Part shown: positions 9,966-20,644 of the stretch, piece by piece | How positions within the stretch are numbered: position 1 is the first letter of the stretch | How the letters are laid out: every line of letters begins with the position of its first letter | DNA from: a bacterium | GTDB taxonomy: Bacteria; UBA8248; JACPRG01; G963555815 | NCBI GenBank assembly: GCA_963555815.3 | Contig: CAUVWX020000001.1 | Location: 1,344,001-1,408,000, forward strand | DNA length: 64,000 bases | Direction: 5' to 3' | Notes under the pieces: model-generated | Seen by the model: the letters and a program-made list of their open reading frames with translations, nothing else | Database searches by the model: none | Told to the model about the DNA's origin: nothing | Translations under genes and position numbers: made by a program

Positions 9966-10437
9966 CCTTGAGAATATATACTCTCACCCCGCTCCCGTCA
10001 AGCCCATAACTTATAATTCCGTAGAAAATTTCCGGGAGAAAGGTCCGGGAGAAAGGTTCTCTCCCACCCATTCCCACAAAAATTTCCCTCAGCTCTCCCG
10101 GTAGCTGATTCTTTCAGTCTTTGAGGAAGAGTTCCTCTATGCGTTTCCTTACCCGAAAAGCTTAATCTTACCCGCCCTTCCGGGTCCTCCCAGCTCCTCC
10201 TTGACTCTGAAGTCGCCGATGTGTTCCCATTCTCCATATTCTGGAATAAGCAGGATGAGCAAGGCAGATGGGGGGCGAGCCATGAGGCGACCTCTCGGGA
10301 GTGGGTGCGCCGAGGATCAATGGATTTTTGTGGTATCACCCGCCCTTAAGGGGCAGGTTCCATTCGTTTCCCTGAAGATTCACCCCTTCTGGGTTTAAAG
10401 CTCGAGGGGAAGGGTGGCGTGGTGGGGGCGAGTCGTG

Positions 10438-12498
10438 ATGACGGAAAAGCAAATCGATAAACTGTGCGTCAATACCATTCGTACGTTGTCCATTGATGCT
10501 GTCCAACAGGCGAACTCCGGTCACCCTGGAACGGCCATGGCGATGGCGCCGGTGGTCTATTGCCTGTGGCAGCGGTTTTTACGTTTTGACCCCGACGACC
10601 CGATCTGGCCCAACCGGGACCGTTTTGTGCTTTCCATCGGCCACGCCTCGATGCTGCTCTATTCCATGCTGCATCTCTGCGGCTCAAAAGCCGTGAACCC
10701 TAAATACGAACGGCTGGGCGAACTGTCGGTAACCCTCGACGACATCAAACGATTTCGCCAGCTTGACAGCAAATGTCCTGGCCATCCGGAATACCGGTGG
10801 ACCTCCGGCGTTGAGACGACCACGGGGCCGTTGGGCCAGGGGGTGGCGGCGAGTGTCGGCATAGCCATGGCCGGGCGATGGATGGCCCATTATTTCAATC
10901 GCCAGAATTTTGAGATGTTCAACTACGACATCTACACCCTTTGTGGAGACGGTTGCATGATGGAGGGGGTGTCCAGCGAGGCCGCCTCGCTGGCTGGCCA
11001 CCTAAAACTTTCCAATCTCTGCTGGGTCTACGACAACAACAAAATCACAATAGAAGGCCACACAGACTGGGCTTTTTCCGACGACGTGGCAACGAGGTTT
11101 ATCGCCTACGGCTGGAATGTGACCCGCGTGGGTGACGCCAATGACCTGGAGATGCTCGAACGAGCCTTCCAGACTTTTAAGAACTCTTGTGACAGGCCCA
11201 CCCTCATCATCGTCGATAGCCATATCGCCTACGGTTCGCCGAACAAGCAAGACACCAGCGCGGCGCACGGCGAGCCGCTGGGCGAAGAGGAAATCAAGCT
11301 GACGAAGCGGAATTACGGCTGGCCGGAGGATGCCAAATTTCTCGTGCCTGAAGGAGTCCGCGAACATTTTCAAGAGAAGATGGGCAAGCGCGGGCGTACC
11401 CAACGCGAGGCCTGGATGGCGAGATTCAACGACTACCAGACTCAATATCCGGAGTTGGCCGACCACCTCTACAAAATGCAGCACCGCCAGCTTCCCGAGG
11501 GTTGGGACAAAGATTTGCCCACATTTCCGCCTGACCCCAAAGGGGCGGCCGGGCGGGACGCGTCAGGGAAGGTCCTTAATGCCATCGCCCGGACCGTGCC
11601 GTGGCTGATTGGCGGCTCTGCCGACCTTTCCCCCTCCACCAAAACCCGCCTGACCTTCGAGGGAGCGGGAGATTTCACCGCCGAGAACTTTGGTGGGCGC
11701 AACTTCCACTTCGGCGTCCGCGAGAATGCGATGGCGTCCATCTTGAACGGGATGTCGCACTGCAAGGCCCGACCGTATGGGTCTGGATTCCTGATCTTCA
11801 GCGATTACTGTCGGCCTGCGATTAGATTGGGCGCGCTCATGGAACTCCCGGTCATCTATGTCTTCACGCACGACTCGATTGGGGTCGGGGAGGACGGGCC
11901 GACTCACCAGCCCGTCGAGCAGCTGGCTTCCTTGCGAGCGGTCCCCGGGCTCATCACGCTTCGCCCAGCGGACGCCAATGAGGTCGTCGAAGGCTGGCGC
12001 GTGATCATGCAGCTTCGCCACGAGCCAGTGGCTCTCGTGCTGTCCCGACAGCGGCTACCCATCTTGGACCGCTCCAAGTACGCTTCGGCCTCCGGACTTG
12101 CAAGAGGGGCCTATGTGCTGGTGGACGCCTACGGCGGAAATCCGGACATCTTGCTTTTGGCCAGCGGCAGCGAAGTCTGGCTGTGTATTCATGCATACGA
12201 GCAGTTGAAGGCGGAGGGTGTCAAAGCCCGCGTGGTGAGCATGCCGTCGTGGGAGCTATTCGAGCAGCAAAGCCAGGAGTACCGGGACGGCGTCATCCCC
12301 CCCGAAATCACCGCGCGAGTTTCTGTGGAGCAGGCCTCAACCTTAGGGTGGGCTCGATACGTTGGTTTGAGCGGCCACAGCATCGGGATGGAGACATTTG
12401 GCGCTTCGGCGCCACTGAAAGAGTTGCAAAAAAAGTTTGGATTCACCCCCGAGCACGTGGTTGCCACAGCTAAAGCGCAATTGGTGAAAGCGAGATAA
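10438..12498 (+). CDS. tkt: Transketolase
   Basis: ANSGHPG, GPLGQG, GDGCMMEG and THDSIGVGEDGPTHQPVEQ motifs. Confidence 0.97.
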   Translation: MTEKQIDKLCVNTIRTLSIDAVQQANSGHPGTAMAMAPVVYCLWQRFLRFDPDDPIWPNRDRFVLSIGHASMLLYSMLHLCGSKAVNPKYERLGELSVTLDDIKRFRQLDSKCPGHPEYRWTSGVETTTGPLGQGVAASVGIAMAGRWMAHYFNRQNFEMFNYDIYTLCGDGCMMEGVSSEAASLAGHLKLSNLCWVYDNNKITIEGHTDWAFSDDVATRFIAYGWNVTRVGDANDLEMLERAFQTFKNSCDRPTLIIVDSHIAYGSPNKQDTSAAHGEPLGEEEIKLTKRNYGWPEDAKFLVPEGVREHFQEKMGKRGRTQREAWMARFNDYQTQYPELADHLYKMQHRQLPEGWDKDLPTFPPDPKGAAGRDASGKVLNAIARTVPWLIGGSADLSPSTKTRLTFEGAGDFTAENFGGRNFHFGVRENAMASILNGMSHCKARPYGSGFLIFSDYCRPAIRLGALMELPVIYVFTHDSIGVGEDGPTHQPVEQLASLRAVPGLITLRPADANEVVEGWRVIMQLRHEPVALVLSRQRLPILDRSKYASASGLARGAYVLVDAYGGNPDILLLASGSEVWLCIHAYEQLKAEGVKARVVSMPSWELFEQQSQEYRDGVIPPEITARVSVEQASTLGWARYVGLSGHSIGMETFGASAPLKELQKKFGFTPEHVVATAKAQLVKAR

Positions 12499-12501
12499 GC
12501 C

Positions 12502-12981
12502 ATGCGAATCGCGATTGGGGCCGATCACGCAGGGTTCGAATTGAAGAAAAGCATGGTGGCTTACCTTCGCGAACTGGAGCACGAGATCGTGGACGTGGGC
12601 ACGCACAGCACCGATCCGGTGGACTACCCGGACTTTGCCGAGGCCGTCGGGATGGCCCTTTGGGATGGGCGGGCAGAGCGGGGCATTCTGATCTGCGGCA
12701 GCGGGGTTGGCGCGGCCATAGCGAGCAACAAGCTTCCCAACATTCGAGCAGGGCTCTGTCACGACACCTATTCGGCTCACCAGGGCGTGGAGCACGACGA
12801 TATGAACGTCCTGGTGCTGGGTGGACGTGTGATCGGCCCTGTGCTGGCCGAGGAGCTTGTTCGTGCGTTCCTGGGGGCGGAGTTCGAAGGTGAGGAGCGC
12901 CACCGCCGGAGACTCGAAAAGGTCTCAGCGCTGGAGGCGCGCTACGGCAGCCAGGCGAAGACCTTGAAGGAGAAGAAGTAG
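12502..12981 (+). CDS. rpiB: Ribose-5-phosphate isomerase B
   Basis: [20 protein letters not shown] and HDDMNVL motifs. Confidence 0.96.
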   Translation: MRIAIGADHAGFELKKSMVAYLRELEHEIVDVGTHSTDPVDYPDFAEAVGMALWDGRAERGILICGSGVGAAIASNKLPNIRAGLCHDTYSAHQGVEHDDMNVLVLGGRVIGPVLAEELVRAFLGAEFEGEERHRRRLEKVSALEARYGSQAKTLKEKK

Positions 12982-15830
12982 TGAACCCTTTGAGAGCGCT
13001 GAACCCATACGGCCAATCCCCCTGGTTGGACTACATTCGGCGAAGTCTCATCACGGGTGGCGAGTTGCAGCGCCTGGTGGATGAGGATGGATTGGGGGGC
13101 GTCACCTCGAACCCGGCCATCTTTGAGAAGGCAATCACCGGCAGCACGGATTACGCAGATGCCCTGGAGGCCCTTCAGGACAAAGATTTGAGCCCCATGT
13201 CAACGTACGAGCAACTGGCCATCCGGGATATTCAAGACGCCGCCGACGTGTTGAGGCCAGTCTATGAGAAAACGAAAAGGCGTGATGGCTACGTCAGTTT
13301 CGAGGTCTCGCCCTATCAGGCTCACAACACAGAGGGAACAATAGAGGAGGCAAGACGGCTTTGGCGGGCCGTCGGGCGCGACAATCTGATGATCAAAGTG
13401 CCGGCCACGACCGAAGGCATCCCCGCCGTCGAACAGCTCATCAGTGAGGGCATCAACGTCAACGTCACCCTGCTCTTTGCCCGGAAGACCTACGAACGCG
13501 TTGCCGAAGCCTACATCGCGGGTCTGGAAACGCGCAGAGCGCGGGATGGTGATGTGAGTGAGATCGCCAGCGTCGCCAGTTTTTTCATCAGCCGCATTGA
13601 CGCTGCCATTACCGCCGTTGCGAAGGCTCGACTCAAGACCGCCAAAGATGAAGAACGTGCGCTGTTGCGAAGCGTCATGGGTAAAATTGCCATTGCCAAC
13701 GCGAAGCTGACCTATCAACGGTATAAGAGGATTTTTGAGGGCGATCGCTGGCAGGCGCTCGCAAACGCGGGCGCGCGAACTCAGCGCGTCTTGTGGGCAA
13801 GCACGAGCACCAAGGACCCGAATTACCGCGACGTGCTTTATGTCGAGGAACTCATCGGTCCTGATACGGTGAACACGATTCCCCCGTCTACTTTCGACGC
13901 ATTTCGGGATCACGGGCGCCCCCGTGCGAGCCTCGAAGAGGATGTCGAGGCCGCCCGTGACACAATGGAAACGCTCGAGCAATTAAATATCTCAATGAAA
14001 GATGTCACCGACAATCTACTCAGGGACGGGGTGCGACTGTTCGCCGAGGCCTTTGATAAATTGCTGAACGCGGTGGACAAGAAGTGCAGAAGGACATCGG
14101 ATGCGCAAGTCAACCGGCAGTCTTACACCCTGCCGGAGGATCTCACGGCCCAGGTCAAGGCGTCCCTCGAGGATTGGCGAATCAACGGCAAGGTGCGCAG
14201 GCTCTGGGCGCGTGACGCGTCTCTGTGGACGGGTTCGGACGAGGGGAGTTGGCTCGGTTGGTTGGGAATCACCGAGGACCAGCTGGCGCACAGTCAACAC
14301 CTTCGAGAAATTGCCGGTGAGGTGAAAGCCGAGGGGTTCTCGCACGTCCTGCTTCTCGGCATGGGCGGGTCAAGCCTGGGCCCGGAAGTGCTGAAAATGA
14401 CGTTTGGCAGAATTAGTGGGTATCCCGAGTTGCACGTCCTCGACTCCACTGATCCTTCGCAGATCAAAGCGACCGAAAACAAAGTGGATCTCGCCAACAC
14501 CCTCTTCATCGTGTCTAGCAAGTCGGGCACGACACTGGAACCCAATATCTTCAAACAATATTTCTTTGAGCGGGTAAAGGAAGTCGTCGGCGCTGACAAA
14601 GTGGGCGATCGTTTCATCGCCATCACGGACCCCGACTCGAAGCTCCAGCAAGTCGCTGAAGGTGACGACTTCCGTCACGTTTTCTATGGCGTGCCCAGTA
14701 TCGGTGGCCGGTACTCAGTGCTGTCCGACTTCGGCATGGTGCCGGCGGCGATCGCCGGCATTGACGCCCCGAAATTTTTGGACCGTGCCGATGAGATGGC
14801 GATTTCGTGCTCGTCGTGCCTCCCAGCAAAGGACAACCCTGGCGTGGTGCTGGGCACCATCTTGGGCGTCTTGGCCAAAGGCGGACGTGACAAGGTGACC
14901 CTGATCAGCTCGCCCGGCATCTGGGGTTTTGGCGCATGGCTGGAGCAGTTGCTCGCGGAGTCAACTGGCAAGGGGGGAGAAGGGCTCATCCCTGTTGACT
15001 GCGAGCAGTTGGGCCCCCCCAGCGTGTACGGCGACGATCGCGTGTTCGTCTATGTGAGATTGGAATCCGGGCCGGATGAGTCTCAGGATGCGGCGATTTC
15101 AGCCCTCGAGCAGGCCGGGCAGCCTGTGATCCGCATCTCGGCCGCTGACCCCTACGATTTGGGCCAAGAGTATTTCCGCTGGGAAATTGCAACGGCGGTG
15201 GCAGGCTCCATCATGCATATCAACCCATTCAACCAGCCAGACGTGGAAGCGAGCAAGGTGGCGACGCAGAAGTTGACGACTGAATATGAAAGGACAGGCT
15301 CGCTCCCGTCTGAGACGCCGTTGCTGGAAGTGAACGGAAACAAATTGTTCGCAGACGAGAAGAACGCCGCGTCGTTGACGGCGGCAGCGGGACAGGACAA
15401 GTCACTGGTTGGTTATCTCCGAGCACACGTGAACCGACTCAAGGCCGGCGATTATTTTGCGCTCCTGGCCTATATCGAAATGAATGAGGCCCACGAAGAA
15501 CGGCTTCAGGCGATGCGTCATGCTGTCCGCGACCGGCATCGTGTGGCAACGTGTCTGGGCTTCGGTCCCCGCTTCTTGCATTCGACAGGACAGGCGTACA
15601 AAGGTGGACCCAACACCGGCGTCTTCTTGCAAATCACCTGCGACGATGCCGTGGACCTGCCCGTGCCCGGACAGAAATACACTTTTGGTGTCGTGAAGGC
15701 GGCGCAGGCGCGTGGCGACCTCCAGGTGCTGGCGGATCGGGATAGACGCGCGCTGCGAATTCATTTGGGCGCCGACGTGCTGGGTGGTTTGACGACCTTG
15801 GAGATAGCCGTTCGCCAGGCGTTGGCTTAG
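12981..15830 (+). CDS. Bifunctional transaldolase / phosphoglucose isomerase
   Basis: Tal domain (SPWLDYI, GVTSNPAIF, MIKVPAT, NVTLLF) followed by a PGI domain (GMGGSSLG, SSKSGTTLE, GGRYS, EQLLAESTGK, NPFNQPDVE). Confidence 0.95.
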   Translation: MNPLRALNPYGQSPWLDYIRRSLITGGELQRLVDEDGLGGVTSNPAIFEKAITGSTDYADALEALQDKDLSPMSTYEQLAIRDIQDAADVLRPVYEKTKRRDGYVSFEVSPYQAHNTEGTIEEARRLWRAVGRDNLMIKVPATTEGIPAVEQLISEGINVNVTLLFARKTYERVAEAYIAGLETRRARDGDVSEIASVASFFISRIDAAITAVAKARLKTAKDEERALLRSVMGKIAIANAKLTYQRYKRIFEGDRWQALANAGARTQRVLWASTSTKDPNYRDVLYVEELIGPDTVNTIPPSTFDAFRDHGRPRASLEEDVEAARDTMETLEQLNISMKDVTDNLLRDGVRLFAEAFDKLLNAVDKKCRRTSDAQVNRQSYTLPEDLTAQVKASLEDWRINGKVRRLWARDASLWTGSDEGSWLGWLGITEDQLAHSQHLREIAGEVKAEGFSHVLLLGMGGSSLGPEVLKMTFGRISGYPELHVLDSTDPSQIKATENKVDLANTLFIVSSKSGTTLEPNIFKQYFFERVKEVVGADKVGDRFIAITDPDSKLQQVAEGDDFRHVFYGVPSIGGRYSVLSDFGMVPAAIAGIDAPKFLDRADEMAISCSSCLPAKDNPGVVLGTILGVLAKGGRDKVTLISSPGIWGFGAWLEQLLAESTGKGGEGLIPVDCEQLGPPSVYGDDRVFVYVRLESGPDESQDAAISALEQAGQPVIRISAADPYDLGQEYFRWEIATAVAGSIMHINPFNQPDVEASKVATQKLTTEYERTGSLPSETPLLEVNGNKLFADEKNAASLTAAAGQDKSLVGYLRAHVNRLKAGDYFALLAYIEMNEAHEERLQAMRHAVRDRHRVATCLGFGPRFLHSTGQAYKGGPNTGVFLQITCDDAVDLPVPGQKYTFGVVKAAQARGDLQVLADRDRRALRIHLGADVLGGLTTLEIAVRQALA

Positions 15831-15958
15831 GGAAACGAAAAAATTTCTAAGCGAATCAGCTTGCAGACGGTCTAGGGCCCAGGAGAGGGGAAGACGAACC
15901 CTTTGACGTCCCCGCGCTCTCTGCGGTGATAGGCGACTTCCAGAAAGGGGCGACAGAC

Positions 15959-16942
15959 ATGCAGCTCGGCATGATTGGTCTGGGAAGAATGGGCGCCAAC
16001 ATGGTGCGCCGCTTGATGCAGGGTGGGCATCAGTGTGTGGTGTTCGACCTGAACCCCGATCACGTGAAGCGGCTGGCCGGCGAAGGGGCAACCGGCGCGA
16101 CGTCACTGGACAATTTTGTGAGCAAACTGACCACTCCACGGGTGGCGTGGGTCATGGTGCCCGCCGGGTCGCCGACAGAGCAGACCGTCGGAGCGCTGGC
16201 CGAGCGGATGGAGGCTGACGACATCATCATCGATGGCGGCAATTCATACTTTAAAGATGATGTGAGGCGGGCAGGGGTTCTGAAGGAGAGGCGTATTCAT
16301 TACGTGGACGTGGGCACAAGCGGTGGCATCTGGGGTGTGGAACGGGGTTACTGCCTGATGATCGGTGGAGAGACAGAAGCCGTCAAACATCTGGCGCCCC
16401 TTTTCAAGACGCTTGCCCCGGGGCGTGGCGAGATCCCCCGTACCCCAGGACGCGAGAGCATGAAGGGCACTGCCGAGGACGGCCACTACCACTGCGGTCC
16501 GCCCGGCGCCGGCCATTTCGTTAAAATGGTCCACAATGGCATCGAATACGGATTGATGCAGGCTTATGCCGAGGGCTTTGACATCTTGCGGAACGCTCAC
16601 TCAAAGGACCTGCCCGAAGAGCACCGCTATGACCTTGACATGGCCGACATTGCGGAGGTGTGGCGGCGCGGCAGCGTGGTTGGCTCATGGCTGCTCGATC
16701 TGACGGCGATGGCTCTCGCAGAGGACCCGACGCTTTCCAATTTTACGGGCTTTGTGCAGGATTCTGGCGAAGGTCGCTGGGCGATTATGGCTGCCATTGA
16801 GGAGGCGGTGCCCGCCGACGTCCTCTCCGCATCGCTCTACACGCGTTTCAGATCCCGGCAGGAGCACACATTTGCTGAAAAGTTACTGTCGGGCATGAGG
16901 CACAAATTCGGCGGGCATGTCGAACGCCCCTCGGGAGGCTAG
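15959..16942 (+). CDS. gnd: 6-phosphogluconate dehydrogenase (decarboxylating, short type)
   Basis: [26 protein letters not shown] and DSGEGRW motifs. Confidence 0.95.
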   Translation: MQLGMIGLGRMGANMVRRLMQGGHQCVVFDLNPDHVKRLAGEGATGATSLDNFVSKLTTPRVAWVMVPAGSPTEQTVGALAERMEADDIIIDGGNSYFKDDVRRAGVLKERRIHYVDVGTSGGIWGVERGYCLMIGGETEAVKHLAPLFKTLAPGRGEIPRTPGRESMKGTAEDGHYHCGPPGAGHFVKMVHNGIEYGLMQAYAEGFDILRNAHSKDLPEEHRYDLDMADIAEVWRRGSVVGSWLLDLTAMALAEDPTLSNFTGFVQDSGEGRWAIMAAIEEAVPADVLSASLYTRFRSRQEHTFAEKLLSGMRHKFGGHVERPSGG

Positions 16943-17065
16943 AAATGTGCGAAAAAGAGATCGCAGGCTAGAGGCTGATCAAACGTCACCGTTTATCAGC
17001 TCTTCGTCCTACTATTGCTGTCGGTTCATTGAGGGAGAGGGAAAGAGGTAAAATCTGGCAAGGAG

Positions 17066-18583
17066 ATGAACGTGACCGATGAGCAGGCCGGGCAGCCCGG
17101 CGACCCCTGTGTCATGGTCATCTTCGGTGCGTCCGGAGACTTGACCAAACGCAAGCTCATTCCCGCGCTATACAACCTTGCGAGGGACAATTTGTTGTCC
17201 AAGGAGTTCGCCGTTGTCGGACTCGCCCGGCGCGAGATGAGCACCGAGGACTTCCGAGAAAAGATCAGTCAGGACATCAAGGAATTCGCCACAGGCCCAG
17301 TCGATTCCGATCTTTGGCAGCGGTTTGTCCGGCGGCTCTACTATCTGCCGGGCGATGTTCAGGACGCGGACACTTACCGACGGCTTCAGGGCTTGTTAAC
17401 AGAAGTCGACAAAGAGCACGGCACGCGAGGAAATTACTTTTATTACCTCGCAACGGCTCCGGATTTTTTCTGCTCAGTTATTCAGCGATTGGCGGACGCT
17501 GGGCTTGTCCGGGAAAGCAGTGAGCAGTGGCGGCGGGTCATCATCGAGAAGCCGTTCGGACATGACCTCGATTCGGCGCGGACCCTCAATCGTGAGATAC
17601 AACAAGTCCTGGACGAGAACCAGATTTACCGCATTGATCACTATCTGGGCAAGGAGACGGTACAGAACATCCTGGTCTTCCGCTTTTCGAACGGCATTTT
17701 TGAGCCGATTTGGAACCGCCGCTATGTGGACCATGTACAAATAACGGTTGCCGAGAGTCTTGGTGTCGAGCAGCGGGGTGGCTACTACGACACGGCGGGG
17801 GCGCTGCGGGACATGGTGCCGAACCACATTTTTCAGTTGATGAGCCTGACGGCGATGGAGCCCCCGATTTCCTTTGAAGCGAATGCTGTGCGGGACGAGC
17901 AGACCAAGGTTTTGCGCGCCGTTCAAATCCTGTCCTCGGAGGAAATCCTCAATCGCACGGCGCGGGGTCAATATGGAGAAGGCACGGCTGACGGCAATCG
18001 AGTGCCCGGGTACCTCTCGGAACCGAAGGTCTCGCCCGATTCCCACACCGAGACGTTCGTCGCACTCAAGTTATACATAGATAACTGGCGCTGGGCGGAT
18101 GTGCCGTTCTACCTGCGGACTGGTAAATCCCTTCCCAAACGCGTCACCGAGATTGCCATTCAATTCAAGCGCGCCCCCTTTGTGCTGTTCGAAAAGACGC
18201 CTGTTGGAGAACTGGCGGCGAATCGGTTGATCCTCCATCTCCAGCCCGAGGAAGGCATCTCATTGAGCTTTGGCGCCAAAGTGCCCGGACCGCTGGTGCG
18301 CATGGGGACGGTCGATATGAATTTTAAATACAAGGACCACTTTGGATCCACGCCGAGCACTGGCTACGAGCGATTGCTGTATGACTGCATCATGGGGGAT
18401 TCGACCTTGTTCCAGCGCGCCGACATGGTTGAAACCAGCTGGTGTCTGGTGGCGCCCATCTTGGACGTTTGGAAGGCGCTGCCGCCACGGCACTTCCCCA
18501 ACTACGCTGCGGGGACCTGGGGGCCAAAGGAGGCGGATGACTTGATGCAGCGTGACGGACGAGCGTGGAGGAAGTGCGACTAG
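17066..18583 (+). CDS. zwf: Glucose-6-phosphate 1-dehydrogenase
   Basis: [25 protein letters not shown] and [14 protein letters not shown] motifs. Confidence 0.97.
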   Translation: MNVTDEQAGQPGDPCVMVIFGASGDLTKRKLIPALYNLARDNLLSKEFAVVGLARREMSTEDFREKISQDIKEFATGPVDSDLWQRFVRRLYYLPGDVQDADTYRRLQGLLTEVDKEHGTRGNYFYYLATAPDFFCSVIQRLADAGLVRESSEQWRRVIIEKPFGHDLDSARTLNREIQQVLDENQIYRIDHYLGKETVQNILVFRFSNGIFEPIWNRRYVDHVQITVAESLGVEQRGGYYDTAGALRDMVPNHIFQLMSLTAMEPPISFEANAVRDEQTKVLRAVQILSSEEILNRTARGQYGEGTADGNRVPGYLSEPKVSPDSHTETFVALKLYIDNWRWADVPFYLRTGKSLPKRVTEIAIQFKRAPFVLFEKTPVGELAANRLILHLQPEEGISLSFGAKVPGPLVRMGTVDMNFKYKDHFGSTPSTGYERLLYDCIMGDSTLFQRADMVETSWCLVAPILDVWKALPPRHFPNYAAGTWGPKEADDLMQRDGRAWRKCD

Positions 18584-19560
18584 TGATTTTGGCAGGGGAC
18601 ATCGGCGGCACGAATACGAGGCTTGCGTTTTTCGATGATGAGGGAGAGCGACCGAAACCCGTTGTCGTGGACGTGTTCCCCAGCGGCGCGCACAAGGGGC
18701 TGACCGAAATTGTCTCTCGGTTCGTCACGACACATCGCCTGCCTGTCGAGGGCGCCTGCTTCGGCGTTGCCGGACCCGTCATACACGGGCGTTCCGAGAC
18801 GTCAAACCTGGCGTGGATAGTGGACGCACGCGAGTTGGCGGACGAGCTGGGTTTGGAGACCGTTCATCTCATTAACGACCTTGAAGCCAACGCCTACGGC
18901 ATCGCTGCTCTTGGACCCGATGACTTCGCTATCCTCAATAAAGGAACCCCCAACGCAGGCGGTAACGCGGCCCTCATTTCAGCCGGCACGGGACTGGGTG
19001 AAGCGGGTCTTCACTGGGAGGGCGACCGCCATCAGCCCTTTCCTTCCGAAGGGGGGCACGTTGACTTTGCACCACGCAACGAAATAGAAGTCGAGTTGTT
19101 TCTCTACCTCCAAACCCGATTCGAGCACGTTAGTTATGAGCGTGTCGTTTCCGGCCCGGGCTTGTACAACGTTTATCAGTTCCTACGAGATACGGGGCGG
19201 GGCGATGAGCCGGCGTGGCTCGCCGATCGGATTCGCCAAGAGGACCCCCCTTCCGTCATCTCATCGGGCGCGATTGAGGGCGATTGCAAGCTGTGCGTTC
19301 AGGCGCTTGATCTGTTCGTGTCAGTGTACGGTGCGGAGGCGGGCAACTTAGCCCTGAAAGTCATGGCAACAGGCGGTCTGTTTGTAGGGGGGGGAATCGC
19401 TCCAAAGATCTTGCCGAAGCTGAAAGATTCTATATTCATGAAAGCCTTCACGGCAAAAGGCCGCATGAAGGCGTTGCTCGAAGCGATACCCGTTCATGTG
19501 ATTTTGAGCGACGAGACGGCTCTGGTCGGCGCCGCACGCTTGGCCGCGCACGGGCATTAA
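18583..19560 (+). CDS. glk: Glucokinase
   Basis: LAGDIGGTN, INDLEA, GTGLG, SEGGH and YERVVSGPG motifs. Confidence 0.95.
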   Translation: MILAGDIGGTNTRLAFFDDEGERPKPVVVDVFPSGAHKGLTEIVSRFVTTHRLPVEGACFGVAGPVIHGRSETSNLAWIVDARELADELGLETVHLINDLEANAYGIAALGPDDFAILNKGTPNAGGNAALISAGTGLGEAGLHWEGDRHQPFPSEGGHVDFAPRNEIEVELFLYLQTRFEHVSYERVVSGPGLYNVYQFLRDTGRGDEPAWLADRIRQEDPPSVISSGAIEGDCKLCVQALDLFVSVYGAEAGNLALKVMATGGLFVGGGIAPKILPKLKDSIFMKAFTAKGRMKALLEAIPVHVILSDETALVGAARLAAHGH

Positions 19561-19624
19561 ACGCCAAAATTCCATCTGGACAGCCGCGGTGTCCCACCCC
19601 CGATGGTGGCCTTGGGGAGACCTG

Positions 19625-20632
19625 ATGGCGAGCATAGGCACGACGCTGAATCGGCACATCTTAGAGGAGGAGCAAAGGCACCCGGAGCTTGCCGGGCAGC
19701 TCCCGGCGCTGCTTGCTCAGACCGCCTTTGCTGCCAAAATCCTCTCACGCGAGATCAGTCGGGCGGCCCTGGTGGGAAAGCTGGGTTTGGTGGGGGAGAA
19801 AAACCCGACGGGTGACGCGCAGAAAAAGTTGGATGTATTCAGCAATGAGATAGTCATTGAAGCCTTTGCCAACACCCGCTTGGTCGCCGCCATCGCTTCC
19901 GAGGAGCTGGAAGAGGTGAAGTGCATAGCGTGTGAAACCGACGCCCAGTATGTCTTGTGCATGGACCCCCTCGATGGGTCATCGAATACGGACATCAACG
20001 GCGCCCTGGGGACCATATTTGGCGTTTACAAACGGAAAGCCGGCGCTCGCCGGGACGCAGTGGAAGACTTTCTTCGAAAAGGCTCGGAGCAGGTGGCGGC
20101 CGGCTACGTGATGTACGGCACGAGTACGGTCCTGGTCTACACTTTTGGCCACGGTGTCCATGGATTCACCCTGGACCGCGACCTCGGTGAGTTCCTTCTT
20201 TCACACGAGAGCATCCGTTGCCCCACACGTGGACGGACGTACAGCGGCAACCTGGCGCACTATCAAGAGTGGCATCCGAGCATCCAAAAACTCATCAATT
20301 ATCTGGGAGAACGCGATCCAGCCACAAAGCGGCCCTACTCACTGCGATACACCGGGGCGCTGGTTTCCGATCTGCACCGCAGCCTGCTTGAGGGAGGGCT
20401 TTATTTCTACCCGACAGATGAAAGGAATCGTGACGGCAAGCTGCGACTGCTGTATGAGTGCGCCCCATTGGCGTTCGTCGTGGAGCAGGCGGGCGGCCGT
20501 GCCAGCACGGGCACACAACGGATTCTGGACATCCAGGTTGAATCCATTCATCAGAGGGTGCCATTTGTGATCGGCAGCGCCGAGGACGTGACGCTTTACG
20601 AGAAGTTCTTGAAGGATGGGAAACCGTCATAA
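19625..20632 (+). CDS. fbp: Fructose-1,6-bisphosphatase class 1
   Basis: QKKLDV, ASEE, DPLDGSSN and GKLRLLYEC motifs. Confidence 0.95.
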   Translation: MASIGTTLNRHILEEEQRHPELAGQLPALLAQTAFAAKILSREISRAALVGKLGLVGEKNPTGDAQKKLDVFSNEIVIEAFANTRLVAAIASEELEEVKCIACETDAQYVLCMDPLDGSSNTDINGALGTIFGVYKRKAGARRDAVEDFLRKGSEQVAAGYVMYGTSTVLVYTFGHGVHGFTLDRDLGEFLLSHESIRCPTRGRTYSGNLAHYQEWHPSIQKLINYLGERDPATKRPYSLRYTGALVSDLHRSLLEGGLYFYPTDERNRDGKLRLLYECAPLAFVVEQAGGRASTGTQRILDIQVESIHQRVPFVIGSAEDVTLYEKFLKDGKPS

Positions 20633-20644
20633 GGGGAAAAGGTG

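Larger units (their letters stand above)
7048..10021 (-). mobile_element. IS1595-family element with passenger genes (transporter IS), 2,974 bp
   Basis: Terminal inverted repeats CGGAATCATAAGTTATGGGCTT (7048-7069) and AAGCCCATAACTTATAATTCCG (10000-10021) match at 21 of 22 positions. They enclose a transposase, an MTase-REase and one small ORF. Confidence 0.85.

Noticed and set aside
7040..10029. 8-bp target-site duplication around the IS1595 element
   Set aside because: The flanks ATATTAAA and TAGAAAAT do not match.
10031..10056. TCCGGGAGAAAGG tandem duplication just outside the IS end
   Set aside because: Only two copies and no functional context; probably slippage.
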